From Octopus bimaculoides (taxonomy: Eukaryota), in contig NC_068982.1 of the NCBI RefSeq assembly GCF_001194135.2, positions 155,705,973 through 155,766,396 of the forward strand: a stretch of 60,424 bases of DNA, read 5' to 3'. The notes under the pieces were generated by a model, which saw only the letters and a list, made by a program, of their open reading frames with translations, was not told the origin of the DNA and ran no database searches. The translations under genes and the position numbers were made by a program. This document shows, one piece after another, positions 1 to 12,371 of this stretch; position 1 is the stretch's first letter; each line of letters starts with the position of its first letter.

Positions 1-34
1 ATGAACCTTGGTTCTTTTCCCTAAAACTATATAT

Positions 35-300
35 ATCATCATCATCATCGTTGTTTAACGTCCGCTTTCCATGCTAGCATGGGTTGGACGATTTGACTGA
101 GGACTGGTGAAACCAGATGGCTACACCAGGCTCCAATCTGATTTGGCAGAATTTCTTACAGCTGGATGCCCTTCCTAACGCCAACCACTCAGAGAGTGTA
201 GTGGGTGCTTTTACGTGCCACCCGCACAAGAGCCAGTCCAGGGGCACTGGCAACGATCTCGCTCGAAAGTCCTTACACATGCCGCAGGCACAAGTGTCAG
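35..300 (-). mobile_element. 3' tail of RTE-type retroelement (family B), ending in (ATG/ATC)n
   Basis: Reverse complement of the 3' end of the RTE copy at 13330-14339 (GGAAGGGCATCCAGCTGT...GGACGTTAAAC(GAT)n). Confidence 0.8.
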
Positions 301-317
301 AAAGGCGACGCTGGGCA

Positions 318-348
<31 letters not shown>

Positions 349-1098
349 CATACACACATGGATGTTAAAGGATGATGATGAGATACACACACACACACAC
401 AGAGTAGAAATAGAAAATCCTTGGTATAGTAATATATGTTTGTAAAAAATAAAAAAGAAGAATAATTTTGATAATTATTTTCCACTTTAATGATTAGATG
501 TTTACCAATCATTAGATGTTTGTAGATGTCTCATCTTTGAAGTGGAAAAATGATAATCAGAAAAGTCATTCTTGTTAATTTTTTTGAATCTCAGGCACTT
601 CAGCCAATGAATAGGACATTAATCTGACTATAGTATTTAAATAAATATCTTCACTGAGTAGATAAAATGTATTCACCCATAGCAACACTGTTGCCAGGGG
701 AGATTGATTTATATACTGAATAGTAGTATCATTGAAGGTACAATCATTCATGCATCAAAAGCTAATGTTTCCAAGTTATGAAAGGGATTCCTTTATCAAC
801 AAAAATGGAGGTTTTTGACACATTACCCCCTATGCTTCAAATTCCAAGTTGTCATTGGACCCTGTTGCTTAGCAACAGGTTAGCCCAGATCAAGCAGGTC
901 TTTTACAATTTAATGTTTTGAGAACTAATCTATTTATAATGATTAATGATCAACACCTACTTTCTCACGAGAGGGAAATTATTTAAAGAAAAAAAACGAT
1001 GTAGCATAGGTTGTGATGGAGATTTTGTGGCTATTTACCTCCCTCAAATCACAATCTACTACCTTATATTACAATGATAATACACACACAGGTGTATG

Positions 1099-1134
<36 letters not shown>

Positions 1135-1136
<2 letters not shown>

Positions 1137-1253
1137 ACTCACAAGGCTTTGGTCAGCCTGAGGCTATAATAGAAGACACTTGCCTAAAGTGCCATGCAGT
1201 GGGACTGAACCTGGAACCATGTGGTTGGGAAGCAACCTTCTTACCACACAGCC
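1135..1253 (-). mobile_element. tRNA-derived SINE family C head
   Basis: Minus strand reads GGCTGTGTGGTAAGAAG...GGTTCCAGGTTCAGTCCC (A/B-box-like), then CTTTAGGCAAGTGTCTTCTATTATAGCC. Same family at 14590-14726, 32690-33027 and 36570-36690. Confidence 0.75.
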
Positions 1254-2253
1254 TATTTGCAAACGCAGAACGTCAGTAGTTCTTCCAGATTCTACTATGT
1301 CACAGTATATAGTACGAGCTTATAGTTATTAGTTTAGAGCGCATGTCGGGGTGAGGGGATAAATAACTATTTTTCATGGGGAAGTTAAAGCCTCTCAGTA
1401 AATGCGATAAGAACTGATGGAATAATCATTGTACGGAAGAGATAGTGGTTATATATATATAGCTAATATCATGATGTAGAAAATGAGATGATAAAGGAAT
1501 AAACGATTAGCTTATGACTTCCTTAGTTTACAGCCGTTTCTGCTATAGATGCGGTGGACTCATAGTTGAGTGCTTGAGTAACACCTTCATCGGAGCCTCG
1601 GATATGAAGTGCGATTTAATTGGAAAAAGAATTACATTTACACACACACACATATATATATATATACAGGACAAAGCACCACCGTTGAGAAAGCAAACAC
1701 TTATGTGGGGGATAAATACCGAGTGCTCCTCCCATAAATAGAATAAGATTAGTTTTAAAATGCGTATAAAGATGGGTATATTAAGATTTAGATAAAGGGT
1801 AATTAGATCTAACAGTATGTACACACACATACATTCACAGACATAGATGTATAACACACACACACACAACAAAACGTTATTACTTCTCTCTTGTAAACAA
1901 ATTATTATGAATATCAGAAATACTGGTCATTCAGTTAAACTCCAAAACGAAAGAGAAATAAAATAGTAGCTGGTTAGTATTTAACATATGTAATGCAGGA
2001 ATTGGCGTGGGAAATTACAACATAACTAACTATATTTGCAAAACTAAGGTGGTCGATTAGCAACAGGTCAACCACGACAGAGTAGACCTGATTAAGAGCA
2101 TTTCAATCACAACTACCTCGTTTTTTTTAAGTCAGTAAAACACTATNNNNNNNNNNNNNNNNNNNNNNNNNNNNNNNNNNNNNNNNNNNNNNNNNNNNNN
2201 NNNNNNNNNNNNNNNNNNNNNNNNNNNNNNNNNNNNNNNNNNNNNNNNNNNNN

Positions 2254-2285
<32 letters not shown>

Positions 2286-4688
2286 CTTGCCCTTGTGCAA
2301 GGCGGTCGAGTGTGATTTGGATGTTATACTTTGAATGCCAGATGGCTGCGTAGAGTGGGGTTAGCAACAGAACTTTTAAAAACTTCTCAAATTTAATGTA
2401 TTTCTGGACCATTGAGCAGTTCGTGGCTTTTATTATTTTTTTGCATGACTTTTGTAATTTTTGCTTACATTGGCATGACCAGAAATAGAAGTATAAGTGG
2501 GGCAGGGGGTAGTTGCGCGGGATATTTTTAAATGCAAGCTATACATGTGAGCTGTGGGTAGATGTAATAAAAAAAATATATAAAAAGCAGGGAATTACAA
2601 AAAGAAATTGAATAGAAGTTCACTTGGCTCGTGCACGTTAGGGTTTTTCTCTCTCTGAAAAGTTAGATAGGGAATATAAAAGCATAATGTACCTTATATA
2701 CTGATTGGGATAAGAGACTTTCTAGTTCTGAAACCAATATTCGCTAACAATACGTTAAAAACAAAACGTTCATCTTGAAAGTATAAGTGATGTCCAATAT
2801 GAATCATACAGGATCGATCGAAGTTATTACTCACCATTTTCCCGTGTAGAGCACAAAATAAATTATTCCACAATATTAATCCCTTAAATAGTTCGGACTA
2901 TTTTTTTTTTAAACCGTAAAAGTGAAGTGTGAATTCAAGTTATACCTAAACAAGTACTTTGACACTTCTAATGATAACTAAATTAAACTTAATTACTAAT
3001 GAAACAGGACAGCGACTGAATAGAAGCGGGTTTTTTTTTTATATAAGCGTTCCCATACAAGTACAATAATAGAGAACTAATTGACGATAATAACACATGT
3101 GACATGTAGGAAGAGTGATTGTCGTATTAGTACAACTGATAAATGGTTATCTTTAACTGTTGAGATTAAATATGGACTATTATTTCCACCCAACTTCTAC
3201 AGTTTAAAAAAAAAAAAAATGAATAACTTTACCTGCAGTAACTATATTTCGTTTGATAAGAAACTGTTACTTTAGAAATAAAAGTTTTATTTCAAAAAGG
3301 GAGATCTTTCGCTTTAGGGACGTTTAAGTAGAGATGGAACCCCCCAGCTCATCACCAATATGGGGGATGTGCATAAAATGGCCTATACTTATATAGTTAA
3401 ACGAAAGCGTTCAAGTCATCAGTTCTATCTTTTTATATCGTAAACAATACTGTTCAATATAACCTTCCTTATTTTATTTTTCTTAAAGACGGTAGGATGT
3501 GATTTGAGTGATTGCTGTTTCTAGCATGCACGGCTTGCATTCTATTACTATTTGAGTTGACTAAATTCATAGAACCCACAGTATATAACTGGTACTTATT
3601 TACTAACAGTGGTACGATGAAAAGGTACAGCGAATCGAGACAGCAACTTAAGAATCAGTTGGTACTTTTTTTTTTTTTAAAGTTCAATAGATTTAACGAA
3701 AAGAAGGATTTATTTCTTTTCCAGTCTCGCAAGTTTACAAAATGAACTAAAACAAATGAGCAACTAGTGTAAACAAATAAACTCCTACAAGTTAAGAGTC
3801 AACAAATGTCTGTCTTGCAAACTATAAGCAAACCTTATAGTCAGTTGTGTACTAAATATATACAATATGACAGGATATCACATGCCAGTGAGTTGAAAAC
3901 TTTCGATCAGCTGAGATTATTTCAGCAATTAGTAGTCTAAAACTCCATCGATGGAAAGCTGTTTAAAGATCTAAAATACAAATATGGGAAATAAATCCAA
4001 TAAGATCAGCTGATCAAAATTTTCGGGCCAGTGTTTCTGATTTGTGGTGGTTGTGGTAGCTGAGAGGATTAAACGAAGTGGACAAATTGTTTAGTTAATT
4101 TCAGACGCTTTAAAGGCCAGTACTATGGCGAAGAAAGAAGTATGTGGATGCAAATTTTATTTTGTCTTCTCATAAACTATGAGAGAGAAGGGGTAAAAAA
4201 AAAAAATTCAAAAAAATCTGAGTCAAACTGAACAGATCCAAAATTTCACTATTTTTATCAGTTTGAGAACAGTTGTTTTAGACAATACATCTTGAAATGG
4301 CTCCGGTCTTTAAAGCTAAATAGTGGCTCAATGAACTTGTTTAGGCATTACAATCTTGATATTCACATTCAGCGCCACTGCACATTAACTTACCAAGTGA
4401 GTAGATTTCACCGAGGAGGCCTAATAAGACCGAAACATATCCGGTGGTCGATCAGTTACTTTTATGACCAGATCCACTCCAATCTACTTTCTTCAGAAAT
4501 TACTATAAATTGATCTTGCCGAGTGCTTTTTTATCAACATTTTAAACATTCCTTGATGGAATTTTTGTTTTACTAATTACTTGGAGAATCTTAGTTGATC
4601 GTATTGCATAGGTAAAGAATACGTTACATCACCCGTTTTCGGCGTAACAAAAACCTTAACACCGAGTGTACGTATTCTTTATTTTCGC

Positions 4689-4721
<33 letters not shown>

Positions 4722-4724
4722 TAA

Positions 4725-5990
4725 CGAGAGAACCCCTAAGTGGTCGTTCAGCTTCCTAGAAATAGCTGTGAAATCTCCCTCAACTCACATCCTACAATCT
4801 TAAACTAGGGAACACTGAAGCCAACAAAGAAGCCTCTCTGTGGTGGCTCGTCGTGCTAGAAATAACAGCCAAATATCCATATTAAAACCAAAATTCGGAC
4901 ACGTTGTACAATATAATTTTGGATATGTGTAAAAACAGAATAGCCGAAACTGCAACGTCATTGATCATAAATCTTGAATAGAACTGACAGGAGGATAAAC
5001 AACGTCATTTTTGAAATAATACCTTTGATCATGGGTCTGCTCGGTCACAGTTGACTTGGGGCTGGCTAAACGACATCTACGCCGTCAAGATGAAAGTGGT
5101 TTGGCAGTTTTTGTTTTCCGTTAGAAAAATGAAGACTAAAAAAATACCAAGAAAATCTATTAGAATAGGCAATATGAGCTATGGCGTTCATCCCTCCTTC
5201 AGGGATAAATAGTAATGGATATGAAACGAGATAAATAACTTACAAACTAGAAGTGAAAAACTGGGCTGGTTACAAGTTGTTTATCAATGTACTAAAGGTA
5301 CACACACACTACAACACACTCGCACGTGTGTGCGCGTATTCGTTATTTCATACATTTCTTTCAAGAATCTGACTATTAAATTTGACAGTGTTGTGATTAT
5401 GTATTTATTATTGGACTATTGTATTTGCAGGATTAGGTGGTATTTTATAAGCTGATTCAATTTTCAATTATAATTTTACTAGACATGGACTACAAGCCCA
5501 CGGGGAAGCTTGCTTCTATGTAGTAGCACGACGTGGTAGAAATAGTAACTAAATCTCCCTCAAATCACACCAACCACATTGAAAGGGAAGAATATGTAGT
5601 TGGATAATAAGTTGTCCAAGAGACGCAATAATCGAGAGAATGATGGGACAAACAGATTAGATTAAAAGTTCAGTTTTCAAGAAGTGCAAAAAGCAGTCTG
5701 TGACAATTTGAGTGAAAGCAAGTAAAAGAATTGTAGCGTCATCACTAAATAACAAATTAGAAACACTACAGAGTGATTGTGGTCACTGTAACAAATTATA
5801 AACACTACGGAGTGATTGTGGTCACTTAGAAATAGCAGCCAAATATCCAACTCACGTGGTTATAAAAAAAGGAAAAGACATTGAGATATGTACTCATAGA
5901 TACAACATGCTTAAAAAAACGGTATAGTCATGGCTGGAATGCCTTTGATCAAAAAGTCACTCGACCATGGTGATAAATAACAACATAAAC
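4725..5990 (+). repeat. Cluster of decayed copies of an interspersed SINE-like repeat (family D: ...CTAGAAATAGCAGCCAAATCTCCCTCAAATCACAC...GGCTAAACAACAAC)
   Basis: The motif recurs about 5 times here. It also occurs at about 8340-8480 (-), 9060-9260 (-), 10720-10895, 39420-39755, 42770-43265, 49780-49935 and 52250-52625. Confidence 0.65.
5751..5828. repeat. 39-bp tandem duplication
   Basis: AACAAATTA(G/T)AAACACTAC(A/G)GAGTGATTGTGGTCACT x2. Confidence 0.9.
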
Positions 5991-8560
5991 AATCTTCCTA
6001 GCTATATCAATGAAATATTAGCGGAATTTCGGATTAGGAATCCCGTATTCTCCTCATTGAGATTTCTAATCTGAAACTCCGTCGTAATATAACTGAAAAA
6101 AGAAAAAGTTTTTTTGGAATACCTGATGTTGGTAAGCCCAATATCAGTAAAGTGATAGAAACAATTCGATCAAATGTACCCTCCGATCAAATGTCAGGAC
6201 TTGTGCCTATGCAAGAAATTATTATTGCTTAAAAGTTACTTTAGAGCAACAGCAACTGACTGTAAAATAATTTAGCGAAGTATTTTCTGTAATTGCTTCA
6301 AAAGTCAGATCTTCTAGAAAGATCGCAGACAAAACGAAAAAAGCAGCCGAAAAGTAATGATATTAGAATAGTATTAAAATGGATCTTTAGTTTAAAACAA
6401 AAATATTTAAACTTAGAAAGCTATTTTGTGTAGGAAGGGGAATAAAATAATTATTAGAAAGATTAAAAAAAAATATATGCGCTCGTATCTCTAAGGTAAC
6501 GGGGAATAAACGTATTGGAAAATATAGTTGAGTGGTGTGTGAAATATTAAAACAACATAAATGTGATGGGAGTGTTTATCTGAGAGAAGGAAACACGTTG
6601 CAAGAATCTTTGAATCCGACACTGGAATTGGCAGAGTAAATTAACAATTTATATATATATTTATCATATATCAATAATATTGATTATGAATACAAGAATT
6701 AAACAATCAAATAAGTATACTATATATATATGCATATAAATAAATAATCACTCACCAGGCATTGCTACCTTCTAATAATCATTTTATCTTTCTGAGTTTT
6801 CATAGTAGCATTTCATATTTCTGACTTTTTAAAAGGGGAGGGGACGACAGAAGAATTGTCTCTGTAACCTTTGACCTCATTATGTCATGCGAGAGGATGT
6901 CGGGAAATAAATTCTATGTCCGTTATACTACAGAATTGAGGGAGGGGGGAAATATTTTTTCTTAAAATTAATAAACGAATAAATTTTTTTCCAGTTTTAT
7001 TTATCTATTAAAATTTTTTTTCGTATAATATAAACATAAAACAAAAAATAAATATCTGTTTCGAGATGTATAGCAGTAAGTTAATTGCTAGCAGTCAATT
7101 TACGTTTCAGTGCTCGGGAAGTGTCGTCATTTTCTAACTGCACATCTGCAATCCTGCTCTTTCTCTCTCTCTGACCTTCAAGTTCGTAGAGGCAACATCG
7201 TTGGCAGTCGTAAGGTTGGTGATTTCATCTCTCTCTCTCTCTTTCTAGTATACTCTTCACTTTTAAATATATTTCCTTCCGTCACATTTTCATACTTGTA
7301 TTTTCATTGAAAGCTTCTTTCTCATCTTATCATGTTTTACAAAATTTAACCATGACACTGATTGTGACGATAGAACCATGTGAAGGTCTGTCTTGTTAGC
7401 TTAAGAAAGCGTCAGCCATTGTTCGTGTCCTTCCTTCATTTCTATCATTGATCAGCTTTTATCACTAGACGTGCATGATTTTGGGTGTGAAAAAACACAT
7501 TTATCTTGTAAAATGTAATTATTAATACTTCCAGCCACATTGACACTTCACTAGTTTTCATTTAAATCAATGTCTGCTTTACATTTACAAACTAACCTCT
7601 TGTCTCTTCATATCTCTGAGACCTGGAACTTCATTTATAATATTGCATACACCGCACATAAACACAAGAATTATTTAAAAATATGCTTTCTTTTTAAAGT
7701 TTCTGATAATAAACTAAAATTTCTGCGTCCAGAAACATCCATTTCATGTAAAAATTCTCTAATGAAATGTTATACAAAAACATTAAAAGAAAATTTTAAT
7801 GAAAGATGGCCAAATATTTTGTATTAAATGATGCTAAGTGTTTTATTTTTCTGAGCAATGTCATATTGAATATCTTCAGAGAAACGTTTAATTTGGCCAT
7901 CTAGTCTTTTTTCTTATTTGGAATTAAAAATCGCAGAACTGAATAAATATTCCGTGGAATAAGTGGATGGAGGAGAGAATTGGTTGAGTGTTAGATGTAC
8001 TTTTAGATTGGATTTCATGATAGCACTATATTAAAGAATGTGGAATATTTCATGGTGAAAGATACAGGTTTCTGCTCACATACATAACACGCATGTATTA
8101 TATATTAGCACACGTGTATGTACATATTAACATATACATAACATTAACACACATTCGTGCGTACATAGCATTAAAACATACATCCTATGCATATTATTCC
8201 CTATTTTCGACATTAGAAATTCAGAGCCATATATATATATATGACAGAGAAAGGCAAAAAAAAATTTTGTTTAGCTGGGTCGAACCCCCTTTCTTAGTTT
8301 GTTCTAAGTCAGTCTTGAACTGAGAGTTATGAAATGCATTCTAGCCATCATCACACCATCCCAGATGTACGTCCTGGGCTACGTTACTCAATGTGTCCTT
8401 TACTAAGAGATGAGGATGTGACTTGAAGGATATTTGACTGTTATTCCTAGCACCTCGTTCGACGGCATACAGGCTTCCCTCATTGGCTCGTTCATATAGC
8501 AGATACGCTCTTACTCTATTTATATATTGTCTGATTTAACTATATACGCGTGTCTGTATG

Positions 8561-8612
<52 letters not shown>

Positions 8613-9499
8613 CTCGTATATACAAACAAAAAAAAAGAAAAAATGTGTGCAAAAATCTGTCAGTGCTCTTGGGTTGTCTTATGCCTGTTACTCCTTGTCT
8701 CAAGGACACATCGGACACAGTTTTTGAAGCACTGTGCATACCTTGAATCTCTCTTTCACTCCTTCATTTCCTATCAATCTCTTCTACGTTGGGGCTTTAC
8801 ACTTTCTGCTAACTATTCTTCTGTTTACCAGCCCCTTTTATGATGAATGCGGGGTATAAAAGGTTTTAAGACGTCTACCGATACTGTATTCCGTGTGAAA
8901 TTGGAGATGCATTTGAAACAACCTTTGATGAAAATCGATATTTCTGACTACAGAGGTTATTCTTTAAGGTAATTCAAAACACAGCTAATATCTAAATTTA
9001 CCTGAATGAATATTGTTTGGAATATAAATTGATTGGTAGGCAAGAGGTCACACCCTCCCTTTCGTTTTAGTCTTTGTGTAACCCGAGGTCGACACTAATC
9101 AAATAAATCTTTGATTAATGGTGTGTCAGTTGTGACCATCTCATCGGTTTGTTTCTCCAGGACTGCATTGCCGAATGTATCCTTTCTCTTTTTGGACGGT
9201 AGAATGTGTGATTTGAGAGAAATTGGCTGCAGTTTCGATCATCAATGTGGATGTTCCCTCGTTGATTCTCTTATATAAGACGATATTCTTTCGTCTAGAA
9301 CAGTTTTCAAGATATAGGAAAGGTTATATTTCTGGAATGTAGGAATAGGCTTGGTTGTAAAACCCGGAATTATTAATTTTCATTCAATGAGACCATGAGA
9401 AGAACCAAAAATATTGGTACATTTATATTTTTTTCAGCTAATGCAGTGATCAATAACTGCCAATTCGATTTAATTTTTTACTAATCTCTCTTAATGTAT

Positions 9500-9598
9500 G
9501 GAAATGTAAAACTGGCGTTAGCTGGGTTTTAAAAAAGATTTTCTTTCATATTGCTTCATTTTCCGAGATCCGTTTTCCTGCTTTGCCGTGACCTGAAG
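9500..9598 (+). promoter_or_regulatory. Probable non-coding first exon / promoter-proximal region of VDAC (start approximate)
   Basis: The ATG exon has a strong acceptor, so an upstream exon is needed. The best candidate is a pyrimidine-rich stretch ending CTGAAG|GTAAAG (donor at 9599). There is no transcript evidence. Confidence 0.45.
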
Positions 9599-11748
9599 GT
9601 AAAGACCAAGCACTTAAATGTGGGTTCCTAATAGATTTTGAATGTCCTGTTTCTTAGTAAGCTGTTGTGCCCTTGGTTTGTATGAGAGAGCAGCTGAAGT
9701 TAGAAATAGCTGCTTCTGTAGTTGCACGTGCAGGTTCCAACATTAGCGTTTTGACCTTTATTAATGTTGCTTGTTAAGATATTGATGCTAGATGAAATAA
9801 TGGCTGTTGAGTTTGTTACTACTACTGGTGGTGATGTAAGTGGGGCAGGAAGTCTTCGAAACTGACGACACTCAATGAAAGAACAATCTACAATTCTACT
9901 ACTACTCCTATACATTTAGTTTGCTTATTGGTTATTGTACCAACCATCAACTCCTGTGTTCACTCTACTGAACGTGGTCATTATATTTAATTATCCTTCA
10001 ACATAATTCTAGGATTTAAATGTGTATATTTACTACCTGACCTACTGCGTTTGTTGTCTCATTTGACCTTTTTGTTCGGTGAAAGCAACACCTTTTACAG
10101 AAGGTTATTTGTCTCTACACCATTACTTAGAAAATAAAGAAGGCTTTACCAGGACGACACGTTTCATTTTTACCTCCGGTTCGTAGAAGTTCAAATAACC
10201 GGATTCGGCCAACGTAACTCAGCATTTTAAGTAATTGATTTAAGAAGCAAAAAATTTTCCAGTTATCCTTTTGGATTCTAAAGAATGTTCCTGAAATGTC
10301 AAATATAGTGACTCTTTAAAAATCCTATGTTTTGAAATTTATTAATTACTGAATTTTTAACAGTTTAATATATCTCAACTATTATGTCGTGATTTGTTTA
10401 TTTTTGAAGTAACATAAAAGAATTATTCTTATCAAGTGATGTTTCTTGAAATTCTATGTTGTACTAATTCCATTCTAGGTCACTTTTATGATTTTAATAT
10501 CATTATCATAAATAAGAGGTTGACGAATCAAAACATCATTTCGAGTAGAATTTAATCTAGTTTTTAAAAAAGTAAACGAAAGAAAATCTATGTTCGTCAA
10601 ATGCTTTCAATGTCAGTGGTAATATATAGTTCTCTTATTCTGGAAAATTATGGATGTACGGACAAAATGGCTAATTTTATGTTTATGAATATTAAAATAC
10701 TGAAATTTAATCTGAAAGACAAAAGGGAGCCTCTACGTGATCGATCGACCTGCTGAAAAATAGCAGCCAAATGAATATATTGCTATCTTGAGAATGGAAG
10801 GATACAATAGATGTGTAGTCTTAGGAAAATGGGTATGACTGGAGCAATTGCATCAGATCTGATGGATCAGAGCTCATTTGGGTCTGAGTAACAACCTCTT
10901 AATGTGCTAATTAGCGTTTAAGCCCTTGAATTAATACTCCTTGTCTCTTCTTAAAAAAACAATGTTTTCCTTTGCAAAGAATGAAGTTAACGTTTAAATA
11001 ATTTAAATGCCAAATCCTTTATGCTCATATATTGACATTATGATTTTGATTGAATTTTTTCTATTACTTCAATAACTCTCTTATTCTTGATTAAAATATT
11101 CTTAGTATACTATTCTATTGGAGATGTGGTTTGTTACCAAAATTATTTCAGTTTTTTGTTACTTGTTGATGCTTAAAAATATCCTTGTTCAAGCTTATAG
11201 TTTAATATTGATTCCAGAAAGATAAAAACAAATATAGATTTAGATCTAGATTTCTGAAAGCTGGTCATATTAATACTAAGTTACATATAACCCTGTCAGA
11301 TCTAAATCATTGGTATTATGCCAGCTTTGTATGCTGCAGCTCTTCTGAATCTTGCAATATTACACAGAACATTATATATCTATAGTTTTCATTCAGAGAC
11401 CAGCTAATGTGCTCTTTATGAAATAACTATTCTCACTATTTGTATGATCATTATTACCTTTAATTAATTGCTTATTTTATTGGTTTTTAGATTAACATAC
11501 ACTTAATTTTCATTTCTTATCCTAGTCTGATGCTGCTACCATTGATTATATATAATCTGTTTACAAGTACTCTTTTTTTTACAAGATAAATTAATGTTTT
11601 TTTGTTTGATTTCAAATTTAAAAAAAATTATTTAACTCTTGACTAACTTGAACTTTGTTTGAAACCTGATATTTGATACTTAATGATGATTATTGTTGTC
11701 ATGTAATGGTATAAGCTCCATAAAGTTATAAATGTATATATTTTTTAT

Positions 11749-12118
11749 TGCTGGTGTAGTATGTGATCTACATACATGCTTCTAGTATAACTTGTGATCT
11801 ACATTAGTTCAAATGGTATAGTTTGTGATCTACACCAACTTTTTGATCTACATTTAAAATTCATCCGTTTACTCGACTTTTGGTTAGTTTGGTATATAAA
11901 CTAAAAAACCTCTTATGATTTAAACACTTTTAGTCCTGATCCCATGGTATACAAATAGTATTCATGTTTCTAGTATGAAATAAAAATAAATAAAAATTTT
12001 TATTTTTTAAATGTTTAACTTGCTCCTAATTATAATTGCAAATTTATAACAAAATTTTGGATGTAGATCACAAGCTAGTCTAGATTTAAGTTGCTGTAGA
12101 TCACACACTACACCAGCA
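11749..12118. mobile_element. MITE-like element (~370 bp) with ~55-60-bp imperfect terminal inverted repeats and internal TGTGATCTACA repeats
   Basis: Left TGCTGGTGTAGTATGTGATCTACA...CTTGTGATCTACAT versus right ATGTAGATCACAAG...TGTAGATCACACACTACACCAGCA. Confidence 0.75.
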
Positions 12119-12307
12119 CCCATTTTTCTGCTTTGAAAAAAAAAGGAGTCCTTTTCACATACTTCCTGCAAGAACTCTTTGTATTGGTATCACAAACGAA
12201 ATGAAAATTTTATGTCCTCTCGGAAGTTGTGTTTTTAGCTTTTTCGAATTGAAACATTGACTAAAATGCAATGTGTTTTGTTTTTCAGAAGCTACTAATT
12301 TTCTATC

Positions 12308-12371
12308 ATGGCACCTCCATCATATGCTGACCTTGGCAAAAGTTCAAGGGATCTTTTTTCCAAAGGATTTA
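12308..12371 (+). CDS. VDAC: VDAC coding exon 1 ([21 protein letters not shown]); exon starts at 12289 with 19 nt of 5' UTR
   Basis: Acceptor ttttgtttttcag ends 12288, ATG at 12308, donor gtaagt at 12372. Confidence 0.96.

Noticed and set aside
7111-7205. Possible exon (tttcag acceptor, gtaagg donor) or first exon of a divergent gene
   Set aside because: The only open frame gives an unrecognisable peptide, minus-strand ATGs hit stops within 8 codons, and no partner exons were found.
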